The notes beneath the pieces were generated by a model. That model had not been told where the DNA came from, did not search any database, and worked only from the letters and a program-made list of their open reading frames with translations. DNA of 62,899 nucleotides, filler included, from Basidioascus undulatus (lineage: Eukaryota): the NCBI GenBank assembly GCA_000826855.1. It is 8 parts of 8 records of this genome, joined end to end, with 100 filler letters (N's around TTAATTAATTAA, not from the genome) between each part and the next. Parts side by side here need not be neighbours in the genome. Positions count along the whole stretch, not along the records: positions 52,462 to 57,634 come from JTLS01001992.1; positions 57,735 to 62,899 come from JTLS01001993.1; 6 more parts are not named here. One strand, 5' to 3'. Both the position numbers and the translations under genes were made by a program. Every line of letters begins with the position of its first letter. Within the stretch, counting starts at the first letter, position 1. Shown in pieces: positions 52,362 through 62,899 of the stretch.

Positions 52362-52461
52362 NNNNNNNNNNNNNNNNNNNNNNNNNNNNNNNNNNNNNNN
52401 NNNNNTTAATTAATTAANNNNNNNNNNNNNNNNNNNNNNNNNNNNNNNNNNNNNNNNNNNN
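52362..52461. other. Artificial contig linker
   Basis: N44-TTAATTAATTAA-N44. Confidence 0.99.
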
Positions 52462-53173
52462 GGAGGGGGGGTGCGGGGAGGCGGATGGGCGCGGAGGGGG
52501 AGCGGTGGGGAGGGAGAGCGGTGCGGCGCGCTTGGAGGTTGACGAGGAGGAGGAGGCGGAGGCCGCGCGGTCGTACGTTAGGTGCAGGATCGAGTTGAGT
52601 CGGTCGAGGGTAATAGTCTGTCCGTCGAAGGAATGGAGGGATGAGCCACAGGACGGAGAGAGGGAGATGGGATGGAGGAGGATAGGACGCACGCCGGTAG
52701 ATTCGTCGTAGATGAGCACGCAGTCGACCTCCCTCGCAGGCTGGATCGACCCCGTGAACACCGCATCGCCGTTCTGTGCGCACACCAATCAGCATATTCG
52801 CATCCGAGCACAAGCAACGAAAACATACAGCCGTAGAAGGCAGCTCAACGCGCACGGTCGTCTCCCTTCCCTCATCCACCTCCAACCTTCCCTTCTTCCT
52901 CCGATCCACGCTCTCCGGTCGGAAGTTATCTGCCCTCCCCCAACGCACCTCAATCAGCTCTCTTCCCCTCTCCTCTCCTCTCCAAATGCTCTCCCCCAAT
53001 GTACATCTCAGCGCATAGTGCTCGTCCGCCCCGTCCGGGGCAGCACGCTTCTTGCCCGCCCCCGAAGCGGGCGGGGTGCCCCCCCGCTTGGACTGGAGGA
53101 GGCTGAGGAAGGCTGGGCCGAGGGAGACGGGCGTGGACGTTGATGGCCAGTTTGAGAGCGCGGCGTCGGACAT
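52462..53173 (-). CDS. EAF: ELL-associated factor (EAF) N-terminal domain protein, 3' truncated
   Basis: PVSLG...HYALR|YNFRPESVDRRKKGRL...|VFTGSIQPAREVDCVLIYDESTG|TITLDRLNS. Confidence 0.85.
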
Positions 53174-54949
53174 GAGCGTGGTGGAGATGGGGAGGAGGAG
53201 AGCAGGACGCGCGGCAATCTGGGCGAGGTGTTTTGGCCTAAAAGCAGCCGTCGCTTGTCACCTCGCGAATGTGGATAGACCCTCTCGTCTGTCGCCCGCT
53301 TGGGTCGCCTTCAAAAGACATGCCATCAAGCAAATATATGGCATAAATAAAACTCTGGTATCGTTGCAGGTGAGTGCAGGCGGTACCTACAAACATGGCA
53401 CTCGAAAACTCCCTTTGTCCGGCTGTGTACCCGTTGCAGCTCACTTCAACTCATTCGTTTCACGGCCTAGGCTGTGGGTTTTTTCAAGTCAAACTTTGGA
53501 GCAAATGGGGAGTGTGACTGCGTTCTGCTGAACGCGAGTGTGTCCAAAGTGCCATACGACACAGCCGGCCATCGATGCGCAATGATTGCCGCTGCGAAAC
53601 CATACACAAACCACGACTCGCCACCGAAAGCTTATCAAGGCCAGATAATGTACTGATCGGTCTTCGAGTTCAAGCAAGGTGCAACTCCAGCCGAGCGCAA
53701 CGATACCCATTCATTCCCTGCAGCCGGCCCACCTTTCCGCTGCCGGGTGAAACCCTCGCAACGGGCTGCTTCTGCAAATTGAACTGAACAATATCAACAG
53801 AAAGTCCCCGGCATGAACTTCACCAAGTGTACCACCAAGAGACTGACCGTCGTATCCCACTTCAGCGGTGACCTCAGCTCCCTAAACGCACCCTCAAACA
53901 TCACTCCCCTCTTCTCCGCCTCCTTCATAAACGTGTAGTGACGGTACAACAGACCTGAAGTTCCATTGAACCTGGATCAGCAGCCCGAAGCTCACTGATA
54001 TACTCCAGCTGCTCCCGGACCTTCTCCTCAAAGTCCGGGTCGACCGGCACCCCCTCCTCAGCCAGGTCCTCGTACTCGACCCAGTCCCGCTTGTGATCTA
54101 CATACCAGACCTTACAGTCGCGGAAGACAACGTGGAGCCGGTCCTCCAGCGTGTAGTTGGACGGGACTTGAACTCTTCTTTGGGTAGGCGCAGGAATTCC
54201 CGGGGGCGCGGTTCAGAGACAGCGGCAGGGACGGTGGGCTGCGTGAGGACGTCTGCTGCGGTTGGAGTGGATAAGTGCGCGCCCATGGAGGGCGGATGAC
54301 TGGATGAGGCGGAGGAGTGTGGTTCTGTTGAAAGGTCTGTCGAGAACATTTTTTGCGCGCGGGAGGCGTCCTTTTGCCTCCTGGATCGCATCCTGGCATG
54401 ATGCTTCCTTCGCCTTCTCCCGGTCCCACGCGTCAAGACCCTTGCATTTTCAGGTGTGAGTGTGTCAATTTATCACAGCCCGGACTTCTTGGTGAGTAAC
54501 GGAGGTGCTCCAAAAGGTTCCACAATGCTGCCGGTCATCCATATGATTCATAGGACCCAGGGGTACCGGGCATCATTTACGGATTTCATCTCGTATTGAG
54601 GATGTTGAATTACTGTCACACTGATGTCTAGCTCACTTGAAAAGGTTGAGCACACTGTAATACGGAATCCGACCAACACGCACTTCCTCGACAGTGGACG
54701 CTTGTTACGCAAATTGTACAACCCGACCTCAAGTTGGCCCTCCACCCCTGCTGTCCCCCCATCTACTCCTACTCATACGGTTCTTACGGAGCCACCGAAA
54801 TGTGCAAACACGACCACTCCTCGTCAAACAGGCTCACCCCCAACTTGTTGTGCTTGACTCGAGAGGGTGTTTCGAGCCCCAGTCAACGGCTCGCATTGGA
54901 GAAGAGAGAAAGATGGCGTGGAGGCTCGCCGCTGGGCTGGACGCGCACA

Positions 54950-55850
54950 GTTCGTCACAAATCAGAGATGAACTGGCGCTCATGAGGACGCTCTCCATCA
55001 GTAATCAGGCGAGCTTCTATTTCGGTCGTCTTCAGAGAAGGAGGTAGTAAAGGAATCAGAGCTGGGCTGAGACATGAGGCTGGGAGCCAAGTTCGAGCAA
55101 TGACGAGCAGAGGCGGACAGCCTCGACAAAGGCAGGGTTTGAATCTTGATCGGCTCGAAGTGCCAGCATCGGTAGGTCTTCCCCAATTCGAACGAAGAAC
55201 TGTCTAAGGCATGGGTTCAGGGAAGCTTCGTCCAGATAGATTGAGAGTTTGTTCAGTTCGGGAAGCTTGAGCGAAGCAAGACACTGCTCCGCCATTGCGG
55301 ACGTGAACCGTCGGCTTAAGCCTATGGATTCAAGCTCCGGAAGGTATACAGTAGGAAGAGGGTCAGGGGCAGTTTATGTACGAATGGGCGTAAAGCGTGA
55401 GGTGTCGGAGATTCGTGAACTGATTCAAGCAAGGTAGGCCATGGTGCGCGCCACTGCCTGAAAGGTCGACATCTAGTTCGAGCTCAATAACCGACGACGG
55501 GCATGAAGTCGAAGCGCATGAAGTAGTTGAGAGCCAGAGATCAGACCCATGGAAGTCCGCCTGAGCCGCTCACTAAGAGGATATGAGCCGCGGTGTGAGA
55601 GCAATGATAGAGCGCAAGAGGGAGTATTGGACGTGGTGGTCTGCCTGCCGGGCGTCCTCAGGCAGATTCACCTCCAATGCATTCCCCGCCGGAAATATCG
55701 TTACGCCTGGCAGTGAGCAGTGCGTCGTAACAGAGTCCGACGGCCGTGAAGCTCGTGATAACGACCGTGCTGAGAAACGCCCGCCGGCCAGCGGTCTATT
55801 GCAGTATCATCAGATCGAGTATCACCCCTTCATAGCATAGTATGGACTCA
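54950..55850 (-). pseudogene. LRR-like gene remnant
   Basis: Fragments such as LASLKLPELNKLSIYL...LRQFFVRIGEDLPMLAL...AVRLCSSLLEL are interrupted by stops. Confidence 0.35.
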
Positions 55851-57248
55851 CCGCAAGAAATTTTCATATCAAAGTCAGATTAGCCCTGTCGGCCGCATCA
55901 CTCTTGTCGTTGCCAGCAACTCGAAATTCCGATTGATGACCTCGGATGGACGCGAAAGGAATGGACTTTGGGACATGGTGATGCCCCGAAATTCGATCGA
56001 AAACAAAGCGAGATTTCGGCGAGACCGGAGGCGTGAAAGGCACGAGAGCCCGAAGGGGAGTTTGAAGAGAGGTGATGGGGGAGAGGCGATGGGGAGCGGA
56101 CAAGACGGGAGCGGCGGAACAACGGTCGAGGACGTCTCTCAAGTCCGGGGCTCGACTTCTCCGCCACTTCGATGGATCAATTTACAGTGGTAAATATGCG
56201 ACTGCCAAGGCATTTGCACGACCCGAGGGTTTCGTGCGCTTTCAAGCAGTATATCCCCACAAGGAAATTTGGAAAGATCCATGTATTGAACCTGACCTGC
56301 ATTTAGGTAACTTCAGCTTTCAAGTGTACTGGAGAACGGGTTGATCGTTTCGAGTTGCAGCGCTGCCAACAGAGACAAAACATCTGATTGAAAGGAAGAG
56401 GGGTGTTGTTCCCGGAAATGTTGTGACAGGCAACCGCAGTCGTAGTGGTCGAGAACAGAAGACAAAAAAAGCTGGAACAGCCAGCTCCAGTCCATACTCG
56501 CTTCAATGTGTGCTCCTGATTAAGCCGTTCAATACTGTTCGCCCATCCGTTGCCGAGTTCTTCTCTTCCAATAACCACCAATGATCCTGTTCATCCTCTG
56601 CATTCAAGGCTGAGAGCCGAACGCCTCTTTCAAGATTTGCCCGGTGCCACTGTGCACTCAAGTTGAACTGCGAGCTGCAAACACGACACGGAGGTGAGGA
56701 AAGCCGAAACCAAAAGAACAAGCTTAGCTGAACAGTTTCATTATTCCTTCTCTCTAACAATTTTAATATGCCGGAAGATCGACGGGAAGCTAGCACGAAA
56801 CGATGCGATGCAACTCAGACTTCAAGCTGAGCGTGTTCTTCTCCCTGCATAGTATAGCCCGGTAAACATTGCTTCATAAGAGAATGTTGCGTTTTGACCT
56901 CCGCCTGAACGATTTGAACTCCGGCAGAGAGGGAGCGTAGACCACATTGATACAGTGAGGGCGCAGGCCGGCGCCCGCGCGCAGTCGTCTGGACTCTTCT
57001 CCTTTGATCTTTCAAAAGCGAATGCCAGCACCGAGCTGTTACACTTGAAACAAGACACTTTGGCCCGACTAAGGCCTGCAGAGCGCATAACCGGCAGTCA
57101 ACCCTTCACCACAGCCCCAACAAGCCATCCACACAACTCGATTCGTAAACAAATGCAGTGCGTTATGTGTTTCATTCTCATTCGCCTCCGATCATCAAAA
57201 TCCAACGATTCCTTCTTCCAGCACTCTGAAAGACCTCGCGCGAGCAAA

Positions 57249-57361
57249 TCACTGCTCAAAGCGCTCCTCGTAGCCGCGGCGGGCCTCCTCCTGCGCGTGG
57301 CGCTTCGCCTTCTCGCGGTCCCACGCATCGAGGCCCTTGGTCTCAAAGAGCTTGTCGACCT
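57249..57361 (-). CDS. CipC-like protein (DUF3759), last exon; rest lost in gap
   Basis: VDKLFETKGLDAWDREKAKRHAQEEARRGYEERFEQ*, preceded by a CAG acceptor. Confidence 0.8.
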
Positions 57362-57634
57362 GTAGTGTGACGAAAAAAGAAAGAGAAATCAGCACATGGT
57401 TCCGGGGAGAAGGCGTAGTGCAGGTGAGGGATTTGGGCCCGAGGGGGGGGCGTGCAAAGAGGAAGAGGGAGAAGCGGAGGGGGAGGGGGATGTTGCCCAG
57501 CGTGCGAGGACGAGGATTGCCAGGGAGAGGAGGGCGAGGGGGATGGATGCGGATGCGGAGGAGCAAGAGCAGGTGTATCATGGGACGCAGCGTGTGCGGC
57601 GGCGCCGACAGAGATGAAGATGGAAGTAGTATCA

Positions 57635-57734
57635 NNNNNNNNNNNNNNNNNNNNNNNNNNNNNNNNNNNNNNNNNNNNTTAATTAATTAANNNNNNNNNN
57701 NNNNNNNNNNNNNNNNNNNNNNNNNNNNNNNNNN
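57635..57734. other. Artificial contig linker
   Basis: N44-TTAATTAATTAA-N44. Confidence 0.99.
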
Positions 57735-59721
57735 CGAGTCGCGCCCCGTTGCCAAGCGCGCGGGAGACGCCGTCTTCACGGGCACGACGAACCTCGGCGC
57801 GCCCGTCGTCCTCCGCGTCACGGCCGTCGGCGGGGAGACGATGATCGACCGGATCGTGCGCATCGTCGCGGAAGCGCAGGGGAGGAAGGTGTGCCTTTGT
57901 CGCCGGTTTCAACTCGCGCTGCTGCTTTGAGTACTTGCTGACCTTGGAGTTGGACGCGGCCGGCAGGCACCGATCGAGAAGCTCGCGGACGCGATCGCGG
58001 GCGTATTCGTCCCCGCCATCGTCGCCATCGCGCTCGTCACGCTCGTCGTCTGGCTCGCGGTGGCCGTATCAGTCGACACGCTGGACGGCAAGACGGACAG
58101 GGGGGACAAGATCTTCTTCGCCATCCAGTTTGCGATCGCGGCGCTCGTGTGAGTGTTCCAGAGTCGCTTCAGGCTGTCATCGTGCGTGCATAGGAGCGCT
58201 GACTGACGTTAGCGCTTTGCTGGTGCGTGGGCGGATGGACAGCATCGCCTGCCCTTGCGGGATCGGGCTCGCCGCGCCGACAGCCCAGGCAGTTGGCAGC
58301 GGTCTTGCTGCCAAGTACGGCGTCCTTGCGCACGGCGGTGGAGAGGCGTTCCAAGCTGCGACGCAGGTGGACTGTGTCGTGTTCGATAAGACAGGCACGC
58401 GTGCGTATCCTCCTCGCTCCACACTTTTTTCCATCGGAGGGAGGCGAGCTGACGTGTTGGTCGAGACGCAGTCACTACCGGCGACCTCACCGTGACGGAC
58501 GAGACGATCCTCCTCCCCGACATCAGCGCGGAAGTCGCCGCCCCGCTCTGGAGCGCGCTCGCCCAGCTCGAAGACGGCTCGACGCACCCCCTCGCGCAGG
58601 CAGTCCGAGCCACCGCACGCGCGCGCCTCGCATCGCTCGCGTCTGTCCCGTTTCCACGCCTCCTCTCGTCCGAAGAAGTCCCCGGACGGGGGGTCATGGG
58701 CGTCTTTCAGTGTGTCGACACGGCGGGCAAGATCGAGGTCCGCGTCGGAAACGAGCAGTTCATGGACGGCGCGGCGCCCCTCCACCCGCGCACCACGACG
58801 CTCCTCGACACCTGGAAGGGCGACGGCAAGTCGGTCGTCCTGGTCTCCGTGCGTGCCCTCCAGCCCTCCGCGCCCTCCACCAGCGGCTTCACACCCCTTG
58901 AGGGCCAGTCGACAGTCGCCTTTGTCCTCGCCGTCGCGGACGCTCCGCGCCCTGAAGCGGCGTCGACCGTCTCCGCCCTGCGCAGTTCCGGCAAGGCGGT
59001 CTGGATGCTGTCTGGCGACAACGCCATCACAGCGCGGACCGTCGCGCGGCAGGTCGGCATCGAGGACGCGCACGTCATCGCGGACGTCCTGCCCGCGGAG
59101 AAGGCGGAGCGCATCCAGTGGTTGCAGGCACATGCGGGCATAAAGACTGGGGCCGCTGGAAGGAGGCTGGGGAGGTGGTTCACGAGGAGGAAGGGCAAGG
59201 CGGAGAGGGAGACGCGCGCGCTGGTGCTCTTCTGCGGGGACGGCCTCAACGACGCGGCAGCGATCGCTATGGCCGATGTTGGGTGCGTCGTACCACTGCC
59301 GCATCTGCTTTGTTTCTGGAGTGCTTACCCTTCCGTCGTTCTCGGCTATTCGCAGCGTGGCCATGGGCACCGGATCCCAAGTTTCCGTCTCCTCAGCTCA
59401 CGTGCGCCTTCTCCCTCTTCTCTCCCCCTTGCTTCGCTAGACTCCTCATAAGTCGTCGCTGTCCAGTTCATCCTGCTCCACTCGACGCTCTCCTCCCTCC
59501 TCACGCTCCTCTCCCTCTCGCGCAAAGTCAAGTGCCGCATCGCGCTCAACTTCGCCTGGGCCTGCATCTTCAACGTCGCCGCCATCCCGCTCGCCGCGGG
59601 CGTGTTCTACCCGCTCGGCGTGCGCCTGCCCCCCGTCTACTCGGCCCTCGCGATGGCGCTGTCGAGCGTTAGCGTTGTGGGGTCTAGCTTGGCGCTGCGG
59701 CTGTTTAGGCCTCCGCAGTAG
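57735..59721 (+). CDS. P1B-type copper-transporting ATPase (Ccc2/ATP7-like), 5' truncated
   Basis: ES.PV.K...GTTN; IACPCGIGLAAPT; FDKTGT; HP; MLSGDN; DVLPAEKA; GDGLND; NFAWACIFN; AMALSSVSVV. Confidence 0.95.
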
Positions 59722-62350
59722 TGTGTTTTTGGAGGGGACGGTCCCGTGGAATGTAGGTGCGGGCTTTGTTGACAGGCGGCGCGAACAGCGGGCGGACTTT
59801 GGGCGTGTTGAGTCGTGATGTGGACTTTTCCGCGAAATCGAGAACTGTGTGCCGCTGTGCTCCAGCAATCCAATAAGGACAGCGTAGGCTGCAGTCGAGC
59901 ACACCATCGTCTAAGATCCCTGCGAACTGCAAGGCGACCTTTGGGTCGTCAGCACGTGCAAATCGCGCCTACACAAGGTAAGAATACCTACAGAGCGGCC
60001 CAGGATATAAATTCTGTGAATAGAGTCTCGGAACGTCGGAGGTTTCCGAACGGACATGAGAGCCTGGTGATGCGGTCTCCGCTTCGCGCGACGGTCGGCT
60101 ATTGAGTGCGGCCGAAACGGCTTCCGACAGAGCGAGAATGCCGTTGAGTGGCGTCCGAGGCTGGTGCTGGCACTAGGATATCATGGAGAAGAAGAAGGTC
60201 AGTCCGGCAAACATTCGAGTGCGGCTTCGTCGAGCCTCACTTGGCGAATCAAGGTCTGCCTGTAGGCGGATGGATACATCGTCAGATAGCGTTCGGAAGT
60301 GTAGCAGGTGGACGCACTGTGCCCTGTCGACATCCTCGACCCTCAACCACAGTACGCCCGCAAGGAGACTGCCCAGAACCGACAGCCGGCCCATCCCATC
60401 GCCCACGTTGAGCGTGGATTCGGCGGTCCCGCTCGACGTAGTCGACTCGTGAGCGGACGCTGACGCTGAAGAGGACGAGGTATTTCTGGGCTGCTGGCGC
60501 TCCAGGTCGTCCATCGGAAAAGACGAGATGTCGATGCAGATGACGACCTCGACCTGCGCGGTGAGCTTTGCGAAACGACCTCGCAGGCAAGCGTGAAGAG
60601 CGTCATCGAGTTGTTTTCGGCGGAAGAGATGGTGCCGCTTGACGTTGAGCCTGAGGAGATGGTCGAAGGCTGGCCAACGCTGCCTTCCTCTAGCTTGCGA
60701 CTACTCGAGCCGGTACTCGCGCGCGAGGCGTGAGATGACGGCGCCGCCGACGAGGCTCTGGCGGAGCAGCTGTATAGTCGCAAATTGCATCGACGAGTTC
60801 CGGTCGACGCGAGTGCGAAGGCCCTGTTAATACGCTTTTCAGTATGTTGTATGTTGATTACATGTTATCATGATCTCAAGCTACTCCGTAGGCTTAGGGT
60901 CAGGCCGTCTGTCAGGGCTTGGTGACGGGGCGGATTCCGACGACCAGCTCGCGCGGATAGCGGGACTCATTCGGCCCTCCCTCAATGTGCCATTTTGCCG
61001 CCCTGCCCTCTCGCATGCGAAAGAGACTGATGCCCATGCGTCGGTTAGGCCACTAGCGCACTGATTGCCTGCGCAGACATGGACGTGCTGCGCGTCGTGT
61101 GTGTGAATGCCGTCCTGGGACCGTTGCGGCATCCCCGTGCATTCACAGCGATGTTCTTTCAAGTTGCAGCGCGCAGGACGGCATGAGCGTGCAGGCGTCG
61201 GATCTTCGAGGGAACGTTGCCCTACAGGTTTCTCGGGCCTGAGCCGGGCATGCACAAAGCGCGGGACGCTGCCACGGACTCGGGGGTACGCTTGCCTGGT
61301 GAGTTGCAATCTCCGAAGGCGCCTTCACTGAAACTGGTGCTGAAGGTTGTTCACGAGTACTTCAGACCTTGGGTACGAGCGCGAAGCCAGCCCGTGGCGT
61401 AGTTTCTCTGCCCATCAAATTGCCGCCTCTGGACAAGGCGCCCGAACCACAACGCATCCCGATCGGGTACACAGCTCTGTTATGCGGCCTTTTCAATTCT
61501 TCATATTGCTCACGTACGTCTCTGAAATCGCAGCATCGTCTTGGCAATCTGCAATGAGCCCTGGCTGTGCTCGGATGCCGACATCATGCTACTGCAAGAG
61601 TACGTTACCGCCTGATGGCTCAGTTCCGTTTCTGGAGGCCGAAAGAGGTCATGTCTGCCAAACAAAAGGTTTCGTGCGTCAGCCCGCTTAGGCGGGCGAG
61701 ATTCATTCGGCTTGGGATGGCGAGCTCCGCGAGCTCGGAGCAACACAACGCGTTAAGAGTGAGGAACGATGTACATGGCAACACGTCCCACAGCCCGTCA
61801 TCATATTCAACATGTCCCCTACTTGCTCTTGTTCCACAGAGATACCTCCCAAGACCAGGGAAGAAAGGAAAACGCACATGATCGCTGCCCTGCGCCGCCG
61901 CACCTGCTCATCCTCGCCGCCCACCACCGCCCCTTTGGCTCCTTCCTGGCCCAGCTCGTACCCGGGTGGGTGCATGCTGTTTGGAGTTATGGGGAGGAAG
62001 CTGTGTAAAGGCTGGTGGAGGTCGTATGCAGAGGACCGGAAGACCCGTCCATTCTGGCGGCGTTCCCGGTGCGACAGGCGTTAAAATGCGTTGTTGGCAA
62101 GTGTCTGGTCTCGCATTGACAGGCGCCGCCGCGAGAGGCGTATCGCGATAACGCCCTTGCGATTGCGCCCGATCTGGATCCGCGCCGAGAAAAGCGGGGC
62201 ACACTAGTGACTGGTTTCGCTATTTTTGGCTCCCATCAGAAGTGTAGGCAATATTTACCTTGATCGTCATACTAATTTACTAAAAGACGTATGGCCGAAG
62301 CGAAAAGGCATTTTTACAGGCGTGTAAGTTCTTATGCAGAATCGGGTGTC

Positions 62351-62446
62351 GGCCTGATGGTCTAGTCGTATGATTTTCCCTTCGGGTCACACCGGTGCGC
62401 AGCACTTGCATGGGAGAGGTCCCGGATTCAATTCCCGGTTAGGCCC
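62351..62446 (+). tRNA. tRNA-Pro(CGG) with a 24-nt canonical intron (62387-62410); two conserved positions altered
   Basis: Acceptor stem GGCCTGA/TTAGGCC, anticodon stem TTCCC/GGGAG, anticodon CGG at 62383-62385, T-arm CCGGA TTCAATT CCCGG, followed by T6. Confidence 0.85.
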
Positions 62447-62452
62447 TTTTTT
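62447..62452 (+). terminator. Pol III oligo(T) terminator
   Basis: TTTTTT directly after the discriminator base. Confidence 0.8.
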
Positions 62453-62744
62453 CCAAATTTATTGACGGGCCCATATATCTGGGTAAGATGGGCGGCGGTT
62501 TCAGGCTAGGTCCGTCCTTTCAAAGACTTTCTTTTTCCCCTTGATCGATAAGGTTTCTCTTCCTCTGCCTCTAAGTCTATCTATCATGTTTATGTGTGCG
62601 CCTGTGCTTACCGGAAGCTACTCGTCGGGCGGAAGGTCTCTTGACAGCGAGGAGGGCTGCGATGCAGTGGCAGGGCACTGGCCGAAGGAATGAAAGATAG
62701 ACCAGTACGGGACACAATGAAGACTCACTCTCAAGAAGCTCACC

Positions 62745-62899
62745 CGTCTGGTACTCGATGGTGCTCCGCAGGACCTCGTCCTGGTCCCGGGTGATGTACG
62801 GGTTCAGGGCGTGATAGGCGGTCGGTGAAGGTGTTGTAGGACGTCTCGAGCGGCGCGCTGAGTGACCCGAGCTCGCCGTTGAACTTGTCGAAGAGGAAG
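62745..62899 (-). CDS. Coding-like exon at the window edge, unidentified, possible frameshift
   Basis: GC3-rich FLFDKFNGELGSLSAPLETSYNTFTD, then AYHALNPYITRDQDEVLRSTIEYQT|gtgag in another frame. Confidence 0.3.

Noticed and set aside
53790..54420. Acidic coding-like minus-strand segment (DWVEYEDLAEEG...)
   Set aside because: Frame switches and no recognisable homology; cannot support a product call.
60100..62200. Multiple short ORFs between the ATPase and tRNA-Pro
   Set aside because: Possibly decayed coding sequence, but no family is recognisable and there is no coherent exon chain.

Overview
GC-rich, intron-rich eukaryotic DNA, most likely from a basidiomycete fungus (a Pucciniomycotina-like yeast is my inference from gene content, short GTGCGT/GTGAGT...CAG introns and CTGAC/CTAAC branch sites). 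The window is not contiguous: eight contigs are joined by artificial 100-bp N44-TTAATTAATTAA-N44 linkers, so adjacency across gaps carries no meaning. Recognisable spliced genes are complex I NDUFA9, a 4x CCHC zinc-knuckle protein, a G-patch protein, a heme-less sulfite-oxidase-like enzyme, 3-hydroxyacyl-CoA dehydrogenase, a C2H2 transcription factor built from micro-exons, a DUF1348/SnoaL-like protein, Ssr4, a formin N-terminus abutting Pumilio-repeat exons, a HECT_2-type protein, EAF, CipC, a P1B Cu-ATPase and an intron-containing tRNA-Pro(CGG). Several decayed genes are also present (F-box/LRR-like, MFS, GH5). The top finding is an apparently circularly permuted tRNA-Arg(ACG) gene on the minus strand at 10424-10489. 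Its 3' half lies upstream of its 5' half with a 1-nt spacer, and the 5' half stops exactly at position 37, followed by a T6 Pol III terminator. I do not know of this gene architecture in fungi. All calls were made by eye; exon boundaries and family assignments need confirming by search.
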